NCBI GenBank assembly: GCA_035526525.1
Contig: DATLCG010000142.1
Coordinates: 1 to 56,403 of the forward strand
DNA: 56,403 nucleotides
Source: Candidatus Binatia bacterium
Lineage (GTDB): Bacteria > Pseudomonadota > Gammaproteobacteria > Nevskiales > Nevskiaceae
Direction of reading: 5' to 3'
In this document: one piece after another, positions 19,447 to 32,656 of the stretch
Layout of the letters: each line of letters opens with the position of its first letter
How positions within the stretch are numbered: the first letter of the stretch is position 1
Position numbers and translations under genes: made by a program
The notes under the pieces: model-generated
What the model was told of the DNA's origin: nothing
Database searches by the model: none
What the model saw: only the letters and a program-made list of their open reading frames with translations

Positions 19447-20547
19447 ATGAAGATCCAGCTGGGGAGAAACGAACTGCTCACCGCGGTCCAGGCCGTCATC
19501 GGCGTGGTCGAGCGCCGGCAGACGCTGCCGGTCCTGTCGAACCTGCTCGTGGATGCGCAGAAGGACGAGCTCGTGATCACCGGCACCGACCTGGAGATCG
19601 AACTGGTCAGCCGGGCGGTGGTGAAGTGCCAGACGCCGGGCAAGACGACGGTGCCCGCCCGCAAGCTGTTCGACATTTGCCGAGGCCTGCCCGAGGGCGC
19701 CGACCTGACGCTGGAATCCAGCGGCGACAAGGTGACGCTGCGCTCCGGCAAGAGCCGGTTCACTCTCGCGGCCCTGCGGCCCGACGAGTTTCCCTCGCTG
19801 GGCACGGTGAACACGCCGCGCGTGCTCAAGCTGCAGAAGAAGGAGCTGCGCGCGCTGATCGAGCGTACGCAGTTCGCGATGGCGCACCAGGACGTGCGCT
19901 ACTACCTCAACGGCATGCTGTTCCACGTGTCGCCCAAGCATTTGCGCGCCGTCGCCACCGACGGCCACCGGCTGGCCATGAGCGAGCTGTCACGCGAGAC
20001 GAAATTCAAGGACGACGTCCAGATCATCCTGCCGCGGAAGGCGGTGCTGGAACTGCTCCGCCTGCTGGAGCCGACCGAGGACCTGGTCGAGCTGCGCCTG
20101 GGCGACAGCCAGTTCCAGGCCGATCTCGACGTCATCCGACTCACCAGCAAGCTCATCGACGGCCGTTTCCCGGACTACGAGCGGGTGCTACCCGAGGGCG
20201 GCGACAAGAAGCTCACCGCCAGTCGCGAGCGCGTGCGCCAGGCGCTGTCGCGCGCGGCGATCCTGTCGAACGAGAAATTCCGCGGAGTGCGGCTGCAGCT
20301 GTCGGACGCCAAGCTGCGCCTGTCGACGCACAACCCCGAGCACGAGGAAGCCGAGGAAGAGCTCGACGTCACCTACAAGGGCGCACCGCTCGAGATCGGA
20401 TTCAATGTGAACTACCTGCTCGACGCGCTGGCGGTGATGGAGACGGAAAACTTCGTCATGGACCTCAAGGGTCCTGACGCCTCCGGCCTGCTGCAGGAAG
20501 CCGGCAGCGGCGCCAGCAAGTACGTCGTCATGCCGATGCGCCTGTAA
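19447..20547 (+). CDS. dnaN: DNA polymerase III subunit beta (sliding clamp)
   Basis: MKIQLGRNELLTAVQAVIGVVERRQTLPVLSNLLV..., 366 aa, ends ...KYVVMPMRL. SD-like AAGGTG lies 6-11 nt upstream. The track ORF starts 30 codons too early. Confidence 0.97.
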   Translation: MKIQLGRNELLTAVQAVIGVVERRQTLPVLSNLLVDAQKDELVITGTDLEIELVSRAVVKCQTPGKTTVPARKLFDICRGLPEGADLTLESSGDKVTLRSGKSRFTLAALRPDEFPSLGTVNTPRVLKLQKKELRALIERTQFAMAHQDVRYYLNGMLFHVSPKHLRAVATDGHRLAMSELSRETKFKDDVQIILPRKAVLELLRLLEPTEDLVELRLGDSQFQADLDVIRLTSKLIDGRFPDYERVLPEGGDKKLTASRERVRQALSRAAILSNEKFRGVRLQLSDAKLRLSTHNPEHEEAEEELDVTYKGAPLEIGFNVNYLLDALAVMETENFVMDLKGPDASGLLQEAGSGASKYVVMPMRL

Positions 20548-20555
20548 GGCGCGTT

Positions 20556-20582
20556 GCGGGCGCCGCGACCTGCGGCGCCCGC
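20556..20582 (+). terminator. perfect 11-bp GC stem-loop between dnaN and recF (attenuator or stability element; no U-tract)
   Basis: GCGGGCGCCGC gacct GCGGCGCCCGC, starting 9 nt after the dnaN stop. It is followed by CCCAGC rather than a T-run. Confidence 0.35.
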
Positions 20583-20602
20583 CCCAGCAGGCCGCGATCG
20601 GC

Positions 20603-24107
<3,505 letters not shown>

Positions 24108-24155
24108 AAACCGCGCAGCCGCGCGATCTGCTGCAAACCGCGCGCTGACTCCGTC

Positions 24156-25235
24156 CTAGCCGAGCAGTGCCTGCACGCGCGCGAGCGCGGCGTCGCGCGC
24201 GGCACCGTTCCCGGCGACCACGTTGACGTGACCCAGCTTGCGTCCGGGTTTCGGCTCCTTGCCGTACAGATGCACGCGTGCCTCCGCGATGCGCGCCAGC
24301 GCCTGAAGCGGCGGAACGGTCCCGATCAGGTTGACCATCGCGCACGGCGCGCGCAGCGAGGCCGGGCCGAGCGGCAGCCCGGCCACCGCGCGCAGGTGGT
24401 TCTCGAACTGCGAGCAGGCTGCACCGTCGAACGTCCAGTGCCCCGAGTTGTGGACACGGGGCGCGATTTCGTTGGCGAGCAGGCCGCCGCCGACGGCAAA
24501 GAATTCGAACGCCATCACGCCGGTGTAGTCGAGCGCCGCCAGTACCCGGCCGGTGTAGTCCTGCGCCAGTGCCTGCAGCGGGTCGTCCGGCCGCGGTATG
24601 GAGGTGCGCAGGATGCCGTCACGGTGCGCGTTCTCGGTGACCGGGTAGAACGCCGTGGCGCCATCGCGGCCGCGCGTTGCAATGCAGGACAGCTCGCGCT
24701 CGAACGCGACGAAGCCCTCGAGCAGCAGCGCACGGCTTCCGAGCCGTGACCACGCCGCGTCGAGGTCGGAGGCCGAGCGCAAAACGGCCTGGCCCTTGCC
24801 GTCATAGCCCAGGCGTCGCGTCTTCAGCACGCAGGGATAGCCGATGCGCCGCGCCGCCGCTTCGAGTGCATCGCGCGTGTCCACCGGTTCATACGGCGGC
24901 ACCGGTATGCCGAGGCGGTCGAACAGGCGCTTCTCCGAGAGGCGGTCCTGGGCCGTCTCCAGCGCGAGCGCGCCGGGCATCAGCGGCCGGCGCGCCGCGA
25001 CGTAGGCGGCGGCCGCGGCGGGCACGTTCTCGAATTCGAAGGTGGCGACGTCGCAGCGCTCGCAGAACGCGGCGAGGGCGCGCTCGTCGCCGTACTCGCC
25101 GCGCAGGTGCTCACCGACCGGCGCGGCGCACGCGTCTGCGGCGGGATCGAGGAAAGTGAAGCTCAGCCCGAGCGGGTAGCCCGACAGCGCGAGCATGCGG
25201 CCGAGCTGGCCCGCGCCGAGGATGCCGATGCGCAC
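24156..25235 (-). CDS. purK: 5-(carboxyamino)imidazole ribonucleotide synthase
   Basis: VRIGILGAGQLGRMLAL... ATP-grasp protein ending ...GRKLGHVNVV.... GTG start 2 nt after the purE stop. 359 aa. Confidence 0.93.
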   Translation of the reverse strand: MRIGILGAGQLGRMLALSGYPLGLSFTFLDPAADACAAPVGEHLRGEYGDERALAAFCERCDVATFEFENVPAAAAAYVAARRPLMPGALALETAQDRLSEKRLFDRLGIPVPPYEPVDTRDALEAAARRIGYPCVLKTRRLGYDGKGQAVLRSASDLDAAWSRLGSRALLLEGFVAFERELSCIATRGRDGATAFYPVTENAHRDGILRTSIPRPDDPLQALAQDYTGRVLAALDYTGVMAFEFFAVGGGLLANEIAPRVHNSGHWTFDGAACSQFENHLRAVAGLPLGPASLRAPCAMVNLIGTVPPLQALARIAEARVHLYGKEPKPGRKLGHVNVVAGNGAARDAALARVQALLG

Positions 25236-25237
25236 GG

Positions 25238-25771
25238 TCAGCGCGAAATCTCGCGCATCAATCGCCGCGGGTCGGCCGCTTCGAGCACGCTGCGCGTCTG
25301 CCGGCGCCGGAACGCAGCGAGACGGCGCGCCAGCGCCGGGTCGTGCAGCGCAAGGATCGCGGCAGCGAGCAGCGCCGCGTTGATCGCGCCGGCCTTGCCG
25401 ATCGCGAGCGTGCCCACCGGAACGCCGGCCGGCATCTGTGCGATCGAGAGCAGCGAATCCAGTCCCTTCAGCGTGCGCGACTCGACCGGGACGCCGAGCA
25501 CCGGCAGGCAGGTCTTCGATGCGGCCATGCCCGGCAGGTGCGCCGCGCCGCCGGCGCCGGCGATGAGAACCTTCAGGCCGCGCGCCTCGGCGCGCCCGGC
25601 GTAGGCAAACAGCTTGTCCGGCGTGCGGTGCGCCGAGACGACTTCGACTTCGTGGGGGATGCGCAGCTCGGCGAGGCGCTCGCTGGCGTGGCTCAGCGTC
25701 TCCCAGTCGGAGCGCGATCCCATGATGACGCCGACCAGCGCGGTCTTCTTCTTCGGCACGTTTCGCCCCAC
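25238..25771 (-). CDS. purE: 5-(carboxyamino)imidazole ribonucleotide mutase
   Basis: ...[16 protein letters not shown]...[11 protein letters not shown]...[10 protein letters not shown].... 177 aa, GTG start. Confidence 0.96.
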   Translation of the reverse strand: MGRNVPKKKTALVGVIMGSRSDWETLSHASERLAELRIPHEVEVVSAHRTPDKLFAYAGRAEARGLKVLIAGAGGAAHLPGMAASKTCLPVLGVPVESRTLKGLDSLLSIAQMPAGVPVGTLAIGKAGAINAALLAAAILALHDPALARRLAAFRRRQTRSVLEAADPRRLMREISR

Positions 25772-25856
25772 GCCGGACGGCCACCGATGCAGCCGCGGCC
25801 CGGCGAGAAAGCGGCCGATTCTACGCTGGTTTTTCGCTCCGACGCGATGCGCGCGG

Positions 25857-26585
25857 CTAGGGCGCCTGCAGCTCGAATTCGGCGCTGACGCTCGCGCTCA
25901 CGCGGATCTGGCCGAGGCTGACGCCGGCATCCTGGGCCGGCGCGGCCTCGGCGCGCATGGCCATGGTTTTCATCATCGGCACCGGCGGCGGCATGGACGA
26001 ATCGCCGGACGACAGGCGCAGCGGTGCGCCGAGCTTGATGCCGAGCGCTGCCGCGATCGCCTGCGCGCGCGCACGGGCGTCGCGCGCCGCCTCGGCGAGC
26101 GCCTCGCGCTCGAGCTCCTTCTGCCGCGACGATTCCATCAGCGGTGGCGTCAGCTGCTGGATGCCGGCGGCAGTGGATCGCAGCAGCACGTCGCCGAGCA
26201 GCTCGAGCCGGTCGAGCGTCACCTCGATCTGCCGGTGCACGCGGTAGCCGGTGAGCACCTGGCGCCGCGCCTTGTCGTCCCACACGTACTCGGGCTGGAT
26301 GCTGGCCGCGGTGCTGGCGATGCGCTCGTCCTTCACGCCGAGCTTGCGCAGCTCTGCCAGCGTATCGCGCACCACGCGGTTCACCTCGGCCTCGGCCGCC
26401 TTGACCTCGGGCCGCAGCACGTCCACACCCAGGGAAAGGCGTGCGCGGTCGGGCACGGCCAGCACTTCGCCGCTGCCGGTCACGGACAGGGAACGAAGCG
26501 GCGGCGCGACGTCGTGCGCGGCGGCGGTCGCCGCCAGCGTCAGGGCGCCGAGCGCGCCGGCGAGACGGAGGTTTCGGTGGGCCAT
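25857..26585 (-). CDS. SIMPL (DUF541) domain periplasmic protein
   Basis: Signal peptide [23 protein letters not shown], then ...[22 protein letters not shown]... and the C-terminal ...[15 protein letters not shown] pattern typical of SIMPL. Its 5' end overlaps the 3' end of the adaptor gene by 46 nt. Confidence 0.7.
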   Translation of the reverse strand: MAHRNLRLAGALGALTLAATAAAHDVAPPLRSLSVTGSGEVLAVPDRARLSLGVDVLRPEVKAAEAEVNRVVRDTLAELRKLGVKDERIASTAASIQPEYVWDDKARRQVLTGYRVHRQIEVTLDRLELLGDVLLRSTAAGIQQLTPPLMESSRQKELEREALAEAARDARARAQAIAAALGIKLGAPLRLSSGDSSMPPPVPMMKTMAMRAEAAPAQDAGVSLGQIRVSASVSAEFELQAP

Positions 26586-27655
26586 TCGGTGCGCGCGGCG
26601 ACGACGTCGACGGGGTCGCCATGATGCAGGCTTTCGCCGCCGCGGACCACGACGGCGTCGTTCGCCGAAAGGCCGCCGCTCACCGCCACCCAGGCGCCAT
26701 CGGCGGTGCCGGTGGTGACGGCGATGCGCTCGGCCTTGTGATCCTTGCCGACGCGAAACACGGCCAGGCCATCGGCGCGGATGATCAGCGCATCGCGCGG
26801 CACCGCGAGCAGCGCCTGCGGCTGTCCCAGCGGCAGCTCGACCTGCACCGCGCCGCCGGCCGGCCACCCTGCGCCGGGTGGGAGTTCCACCAGCACCTCG
26901 AAGCTCTGCGAGCGCGCGTCGCCCGCGGGCACGATGGCGTGGACGCGCGCGTCGCCTTCGCGGCCCTCGAAGCGCACCTTGACGCGGTCACCCGGGCGGA
27001 TCGCGCGCACATGCCGCAGCGGCAGGAACAGCTGGATCTGCAGCGACTCCGGGTTCAGCAGCCGCGCCACCACGTCGCCACGGTTCACTTCCTCGCCGTC
27101 GCGCCGCACGCGCTCGGCGACGACGCCGGCGAAGGGCGCGCGCACCTGCGCGCGCGCCAGGCGGTCCTCGGTCTGCCGGATCGTCGCCCGCGCGATGTCC
27201 AGGTCGGCTGCGGCGAGGTCGCGATTCGCCTCGGCCTGCTCCAGCTGCACCCGGCTGACCGCGGTGCCGAGCGCGCGCAGGCGCTCCGCTTCCCGCGTCA
27301 GCTGCGCGAGGCCGATCTCGCCGCGCTTCACGCGAGCGGCCTGCTCGGCGCGCTGCAGCTCGATCTCGCTGGTGTCGAGCCGCGCCACCACCCCGCCCGC
27401 GGCCACCCGCGTCCCCGGCTCGGACACCCAGGCCAGCCGTCCGGCCACGCCGGCGGAGAGATCCGCGGCCGCGCGGCTCTGCACCTGCCCCGTGACGACG
27501 ACGCTCGGCGCCAGCGCGCGCACCTGCGCGGGCGCGGTCTCCACGGCCTTCGGCGGCGGCTGCTGCGCCAGCGCGTCGCCCGCGCCGATGCCCAGCAGGA
27601 GCAGGGCGGCGCGCAGTGGCGCGGTCCCGGAGGAAACGGCGAGGGGGCGGATCAT
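26540..27655 (-). CDS. efflux RND transporter periplasmic adaptor (MFP/HlyD family)
   Basis: 371 aa. Signal/anchor, coiled-coil hairpin region (EIELQRAEQAARVKR...QLEQAEANRDLAAADLDIARA), ...VRAPFAGVV... barrel motif. Confidence 0.9.
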   Translation of the reverse strand: MIRPLAVSSGTAPLRAALLLLGIGAGDALAQQPPPKAVETAPAQVRALAPSVVVTGQVQSRAAADLSAGVAGRLAWVSEPGTRVAAGGVVARLDTSEIELQRAEQAARVKRGEIGLAQLTREAERLRALGTAVSRVQLEQAEANRDLAAADLDIARATIRQTEDRLARAQVRAPFAGVVAERVRRDGEEVNRGDVVARLLNPESLQIQLFLPLRHVRAIRPGDRVKVRFEGREGDARVHAIVPAGDARSQSFEVLVELPPGAGWPAGGAVQVELPLGQPQALLAVPRDALIIRADGLAVFRVGKDHKAERIAVTTGTADGAWVAVSGGLSANDAVVVRGGESLHHGDPVDVVAARTEWPTETSVSPARSAP

Positions 27656-27665
27656 TCGAACGTCC

Positions 27666-30600
27666 TCATTTGGCCATCGCCGCGTGCACGGCAGGACGCC
27701 GTGCGGCGGCTGCTTCGCCGAGCCGCAGCAGGCTCGGCATCAGGAACCAGGTGAACAGTGTGCCGATCACCATGCCGCCGGCGACGACCGCGGCCAGGCC
27801 CCGATAGATCTCGGCGCCGAGCCCGGGCATCGCGATCAGCGGCAGCATGCCGAGCACCGCCGTCAGCGTGGACAGCACGATCGGGCGCGCGCGGGTCTCG
27901 AGCGCCTGGCGCACGGCTTCGCGGCGCGGCACGCCTTCGCGCTCCCGCGCGCGGGTCTGGTCCACCAGCAGGATGGCCGCGTTGACGACCAGGCCGAGCA
28001 GGATGATGAAGCCGATCATGGTCAGCAGGTCCAGCGCCTGGAACGAGAACAGCCCGAGCACCTGCACCGAGGCGATGCCGCCGGCGGTGGATACCGGCAG
28101 CACCAGCATCACCAGCACCGAGTCCCACACCGAGCGGAACAGCGCCGCCATCAGGGCGAACAGGATCAGCAGCGCCAGCGCGAAGTTCTGCGCCATTGCC
28201 GCGAGCGCCTCGTGCAGCTGGTTGGCGGAGCCGGCGTACACCATCGCGGCGTTTTCCGGCAGCACGGCGTTGACCTTGGGCTCGACCTGGCTGCGCACCA
28301 GGCCGATGGCCTCGTCGATGGACATCGTGTCCGGCGGCTCGAAGTTCACCGACACCGTGCGCTTGCCGTTGACGCGCGCCAGCTGCACCGGGCCCACGGT
28401 CTGCCGCAGCGACGCCAGCTCGCCCACCGTCTGGATGCCCGCGCCCGGCGTGACCAGCGGCAGCTCGGCGAGCTGCTCGGGAGTGCTCCACTCGTTGCCC
28501 TTGATGATGATGTTCAGGCGGTCGTTGCCGTCGAAGTACCAGCCGGCCCACAGCCCGCCGGTGAACGCGCGCAGCACGCTGGCGAGCGAGCTGCGATCGA
28601 GTCCCGCGCGCGAGATGCGCCACTCGTCCGGGATCAGCTGCAGCTCGGGCTGGTTGAGTTCCAGCGACGGGAATGGCTGCGGATACGTGCCGGGAATCGC
28701 CTTCGGGATCTCCGCCATCGCGGTACCCGCGCCCTTCATCAGCGCGGCCAGGTCCGGTCCCTGGAAGTGCAGCTGGATCTCGCGCGAGTTGCTGCCATCC
28801 ACGGACAGCAACGAGCCGCGCTGGATGAAGAACGCGGTGTCGGGAAAACCCTTGTCGATGTCCTCGCGCAGCACGCGCACCATCTCCTGGATGTCGCGCG
28901 GATCCTTCGGGTAGACCACCGAGGTGCCGAACTGTCCGCCGAACGCGGACAGGTTGTAGTACTTGATCGCGGGCTCCTTCTTGCCCTCGAGGTACGGTTG
29001 CAGGCGCCGGATCAGCTCGGGCGCCAGCTCCGCCTCCAGCGTCTTCTGGTTGCCGCCCGCCGGCGGGCGGAAGTTGTTCCAGATCAGGTCGGTCTGCGCC
29101 ACCGGCAGGTAGTCCACTTTCGGTGCGAACAGCCACACGAACAGCAGGCTGCCGGCGACCAGCACCGCGATCCAGGCGGCGCGCAGCGCCGGCGCGTCGG
29201 TCAGGCGCATCGCCACCCGCGTCATCGCACTCCACCAGTGCGCATGCGAGTCCGCCGGGATGCCGCGCGCGAGCGCCCAGCGGTTCGCGGCGGGGATCAC
29301 CGTCATCGCCACCAGCAGCGACGCCGCATGCGACACGCTCATGGTGATCGCGAGATCCTTGAACAGCTGGCCCTCGATGCCCTGCATGAACAGCACCGGC
29401 AGGAAGATCGCGACGCTGGTCATCATCGAGGCCAGCAGCGCCGGCACCACTTCCTGCGCGCCTTCGACCGTGGCTTCCCAGGCGGTCTTGCCGTCCTGCA
29501 TGAAGCGGATGATGTTGCCCTGCACGATCAGCGCCGCGTCGATGACGATGCCGGTGGAGAAGGCGAGGCCGGCCAGCGAGATCACGTTCAGCGTGCGATG
29601 CAGCGCGTGCAGCGTGATCACCGCGAAGAACAGGGAGATCGGGATCGACAGGCCGATCACCAGCAGCGCGCGCGGGCCGCGCAGGAAGTACCACAGCCCG
29701 CCGACCGCCAGCAGGATGCCGATGACCAGGCTCTCCTGCACGAAGCGGATGGCGCGGCGGACGTAGACGCTCGCATCCCAGGAGAGCTCGACCATGAGCT
29801 TCTCCTTCGCCAGTGGCCCTTCGTTCAGCTCCGCGATCGCCTGCTTCAGGCCGTCGATGAGCTCGACGGTGTTGGAGTCCGAATGCCGCTGCAGCGTGAT
29901 GTAGTAGCCCGGCACGCCATTGCGGAACGAGAACCAGGTGGCGTCCTGCCAGCCGACGCGGATGTCGGCGACGTCGCGCAGGTACAGCGGCCGGTCGCCG
30001 GGCTGGCCATTGCGCCCGCCGCTCCAGCCGACGATGAGCCCGCCCAGCTGCTCCACCGGCTCGCGCCCGGTGAAGCGCACGGTGAACTGGCGGCGCCCGA
30101 CGTCCACGAAGCCGGCCGAGGCGTCGCGCGCATTGGCGACGGTGCTGGCGATCTGCTGCGGCGAGATGCCCAGCGCGGCCAGGTGATGCGCATCGAAGCG
30201 GATCTGCACCTCGCGCGGCCGCCCGCCCTCCAGGTTCACCCGCGACACGCCCTTCACGCGCGCCAGGCGCGGCTCGACGGTGTCCTCCATGAGCTTCTGG
30301 TAGGTGGCGGCGAGATCCTTCACCGTGTTGCCGGCGACCGGCCGCACCAGCAGCGAGGCCGCGTTGGCGCCCTGCCAGTTGTCGCCGCCGAACACCTGCG
30401 GCTTGTCGGCGTCGAGCGGCAGCGGCGGCAGGGTGTTGAGGCGCGATACCACGTCGAGCATGACGCGAGTCATGTCGGTGCCGATCTGGAAGGTCAGATT
30501 GACGTTGCCGCCGCCGCGGTTCGACTGCGAGCGCATCTCGACCAGGCCGGGCAGGCCGCGCACGGACTGCTCGATCGGCTGCACCAGCACTTCCTCGACC

Positions 30601-30773
30601 TCGGCCGGCGCGGCCTCGCGCCAGCCGGCGTTGATGAAGAGCTGCGGCTGGCGGGTGTCCGGCATCAGCTGGATCGGCAGCTGCATCATGGCCAGCACGC
30701 CGAACAGCAGGACGATCAGTGCGCCGGCCGCGATCGCGGGCGGGTTGTGCAGCGAAAACTGGGTGATGCGCAT
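27666..30773 (-). CDS. efflux RND transporter permease subunit (AcrB/AcrD/AcrF family)
   Basis: 1035 aa. MRITQFSLHNPPAIAAGALIVLLFG..., 12-TM architecture with two large periplasmic loops. Confidence 0.93.
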   Translation of the reverse strand: MRITQFSLHNPPAIAAGALIVLLFGVLAMMQLPIQLMPDTRQPQLFINAGWREAAPAEVEEVLVQPIEQSVRGLPGLVEMRSQSNRGGGNVNLTFQIGTDMTRVMLDVVSRLNTLPPLPLDADKPQVFGGDNWQGANAASLLVRPVAGNTVKDLAATYQKLMEDTVEPRLARVKGVSRVNLEGGRPREVQIRFDAHHLAALGISPQQIASTVANARDASAGFVDVGRRQFTVRFTGREPVEQLGGLIVGWSGGRNGQPGDRPLYLRDVADIRVGWQDATWFSFRNGVPGYYITLQRHSDSNTVELIDGLKQAIAELNEGPLAKEKLMVELSWDASVYVRRAIRFVQESLVIGILLAVGGLWYFLRGPRALLVIGLSIPISLFFAVITLHALHRTLNVISLAGLAFSTGIVIDAALIVQGNIIRFMQDGKTAWEATVEGAQEVVPALLASMMTSVAIFLPVLFMQGIEGQLFKDLAITMSVSHAASLLVAMTVIPAANRWALARGIPADSHAHWWSAMTRVAMRLTDAPALRAAWIAVLVAGSLLFVWLFAPKVDYLPVAQTDLIWNNFRPPAGGNQKTLEAELAPELIRRLQPYLEGKKEPAIKYYNLSAFGGQFGTSVVYPKDPRDIQEMVRVLREDIDKGFPDTAFFIQRGSLLSVDGSNSREIQLHFQGPDLAALMKGAGTAMAEIPKAIPGTYPQPFPSLELNQPELQLIPDEWRISRAGLDRSSLASVLRAFTGGLWAGWYFDGNDRLNIIIKGNEWSTPEQLAELPLVTPGAGIQTVGELASLRQTVGPVQLARVNGKRTVSVNFEPPDTMSIDEAIGLVRSQVEPKVNAVLPENAAMVYAGSANQLHEALAAMAQNFALALLILFALMAALFRSVWDSVLVMLVLPVSTAGGIASVQVLGLFSFQALDLLTMIGFIILLGLVVNAAILLVDQTRAREREGVPRREAVRQALETRARPIVLSTLTAVLGMLPLIAMPGLGAEIYRGLAAVVAGGMVIGTLFTWFLMPSLLRLGEAAAARRPAVHAAMAK

Positions 30774-30850
30774 GGACGGGTCTCCTCGCGCGCCGCCGCG
30801 CCGCGGCGAAGCCCTAAAATGACGCTCCTTTTGGCGTCTACCGTCAACCG

Positions 30851-31399
30851 ATGCACCAGACCCCCGAAATGGTTGCGCTCGCGCGCGACGTCGTGGCCAC
30901 GCTCATCCCCGCGGGAACGCGGGTGGAGCTGCCGCAGGGGGCGGCTGCGGCCATCACCCAGGCGCTGGGTGGCAGCTATACCGTTCAAGTTGAAGGACAT
31001 TTGTTCCGCATCGAGGGCAAGGACGCGGACGCGCTGGGCAAGACGCCAAGCGGCCCGGTGCACCTTCCGCCGGACGCCTCCGAGGCCGACATCGAGAAGG
31101 CCGTGTGGGAGCAGCTGCGAACCTGCTACGACCCGGAAATCCCCATCAACATCGTCGAGCTGGGCCTGGTGTACGAGTGCAGGCTCGAGGCCCTGCCCCA
31201 GGGCGGGCGCAAGGCCGCCATCCGCATGACGCTCACCGCGCCCGGCTGTGGCATGGGCGACGTCCTGGTGGGCGATGCGAAGAGCAAGGTGCTGCAGGTC
31301 CCCGGCGTGGTGGAAGCCGACGTGCAGCTGGTGTTCGATCCGCCGTGGTCGCAGGACCGCATGTCCGATGCGGCCAAGCTCAGCGCCGGCTTGCTGTAG
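30851..31399 (+). CDS. sufT: SufT-like Fe-S assembly protein (long DUF59/MIP18 family)
   Basis: 182 aa. C-terminal DUF59 core ...CYDPEIPINIVELGLVY...TLTAPGCGMGDVL.... Confidence 0.75.
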   Translation: MHQTPEMVALARDVVATLIPAGTRVELPQGAAAAITQALGGSYTVQVEGHLFRIEGKDADALGKTPSGPVHLPPDASEADIEKAVWEQLRTCYDPEIPINIVELGLVYECRLEALPQGGRKAAIRMTLTAPGCGMGDVLVGDAKSKVLQVPGVVEADVQLVFDPPWSQDRMSDAAKLSAGLL

Positions 31400-31433
31400 C
31401 GCGCTGCGTCCGGCGCTGCGCTAACGTGAAGCC

Positions 31434-31820
31434 ATGTCCGACACCGTGACCCGCGGCGTGCGCATCCTGGTGCGCCCGCGCTTCGTGCAGGAGCAGTCGG
31501 ACCGCAGCCGCGGGCAATACCTGTTCGCGTACCACATCACCATCACCAACGAAGGGCCCGAGACGGTGCAGCTGCAGTCGCGCCACTGGGTGATTACCGA
31601 CGGCGAGGGCCATGTGGAGGAAGTGCGCGGCCCAGGCGTGGTCGGCTACCAGCCGGTGCTCAAGCCCGGCGAGCAGTTCGAGTACACCAGCGGCTGCCCG
31701 TTGCCGACGCCGGTCGGCACCATGCACGGCAGCTTCCAGATGGTCTTGCCCGGCAGCGGCGAGCAGTTCGACGCGCGTATCGAGCCCTTCCGGCTGGCGG
31801 TTCCGAAAGCGCTGAACTGA
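31434..31820 (+). CDS. apaG: ApaG (DUF525) protein
   Basis: 128 aa. ...YLFAYHITITNEGPETVQLQSRHWVITDGEGHVEEVRGPGVVGYQPVLKPGEQFEYTSGC... is the ApaG signature. Confidence 0.92.
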   Translation: MSDTVTRGVRILVRPRFVQEQSDRSRGQYLFAYHITITNEGPETVQLQSRHWVITDGEGHVEEVRGPGVVGYQPVLKPGEQFEYTSGCPLPTPVGTMHGSFQMVLPGSGEQFDARIEPFRLAVPKALN

Positions 31821-31839
31821 AGCAGGGCCGAAGCCCGCA

Positions 31840-32655
31840 TCACCTCTGGCATTTCGGGCAGTAGTAGCTCGAGCGCTGGCCGATGACGATGCGGCGGATG
31901 GCGGTGCGGCAGCGCCGGCAGGGCTCCCCGGCGCGATCGTAGACCGACAGCTTCTGCACGAAATATCCGGGCTCGCCGTCGCTGCCGCGAAAATCGCGGA
32001 ACGTGGTGCCGCCCGCTTCGATGGCGTCGCTCAGCACGGCGCGCACGGCGGCCACGAGCCTTGCGTATTCCGCGCGCGTGACGCGACCCGCGGGACGCAT
32101 CGGGCGGATGCGGGCGCGGAACAGGGCCTCGACCGCGTAGATGTTGCCGACGCCCACCACGACGCGGCCATCCATCAGGAAGTTCTTCACCGGCGCGCTG
32201 CGCTTGCGCGACAGGCGGAACAGGTAATCCGCGCCGAAGTCCTCGCCGAACGGCTCCGGCCCCATGTGGCGGATCAGCACGTGGTGCGGCTGCGTCGCCG
32301 GCCACCACAGCGCCGCGCCGAAGCGGCGCGCATCGTTGAAGCGCACGATCACGCCGCCGGAAAGCACCAGGTCCAGGTGATCGTGCTTGCGGACCGGCGT
32401 GTCGGCGTGCGGCAGCGTCAGCCGGCCGGTCATGCCCATGTGCAGGATGACCTTGCCGTCGCCCACGTCCAGCAGCAGGTACTTGCCGCGCCGGTCCACG
32501 CGCCGGATGCGGCGGCCCTGCAGCCGCCGCTCGAAGCCGCGCGCGACCGGCCAGCGCAGGCGCCGGTCGCGCACGATCACGCGCTCGATGGTGCGCCCGG
32601 TGACGTGCGGCTCGAGGCCGCGGCGGATGGTTTCGACTTCCGGGAGCTCGGGCAG
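31840..32655 (-). CDS. mutM: formamidopyrimidine-DNA glycosylase (Fpg/MutM), apparent CTG start
   Basis: In-frame extension of the 246-aa track ORF gives (L/M)PELPEVETIRRGLEPHVTGRTIERV... (catalytic Pro2, Glu3). C-terminal zinc finger CRRCRTAIRRIVIGQRSSYYCPKCQ. The only codon directly before PELPEVE is CTG (32653-32655). 271 aa. Confidence 0.88.
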   Translation of the reverse strand: MPELPEVETIRRGLEPHVTGRTIERVIVRDRRLRWPVARGFERRLQGRRIRRVDRRGKYLLLDVGDGKVILHMGMTGRLTLPHADTPVRKHDHLDLVLSGGVIVRFNDARRFGAALWWPATQPHHVLIRHMGPEPFGEDFGADYLFRLSRKRSAPVKNFLMDGRVVVGVGNIYAVEALFRARIRPMRPAGRVTRAEYARLVAAVRAVLSDAIEAGGTTFRDFRGSDGEPGYFVQKLSVYDRAGEPCRRCRTAIRRIVIGQRSSYYCPKCQR

Positions 32656-32656
32656 C

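Noticed and set aside
17833-19968. 711-aa minus-strand ORF across dnaA and dnaN, and the 629-aa ORF antisense to gyrB (21657-23546)
   Set aside because: They are antisense to universally conserved genes and have no motifs.
25818-25823. TAGAAT (minus strand) as the purE -10 box, and TAAAAT at 30815-30820 as the sufT -10 box
   Set aside because: No acceptable -35 element is found at 16-18 nt spacing. Isolated hexamers are not sufficient evidence.
26745-31229. 1494-aa plus-strand ORF, the longest in the track
   Set aside because: It is entirely antisense to the well-supported RND pump and adaptor genes. The translation is Arg/Ala/Gly/Pro-rich low-complexity sequence with no motif. This is a typical stop-free antisense frame in about 70% GC DNA.
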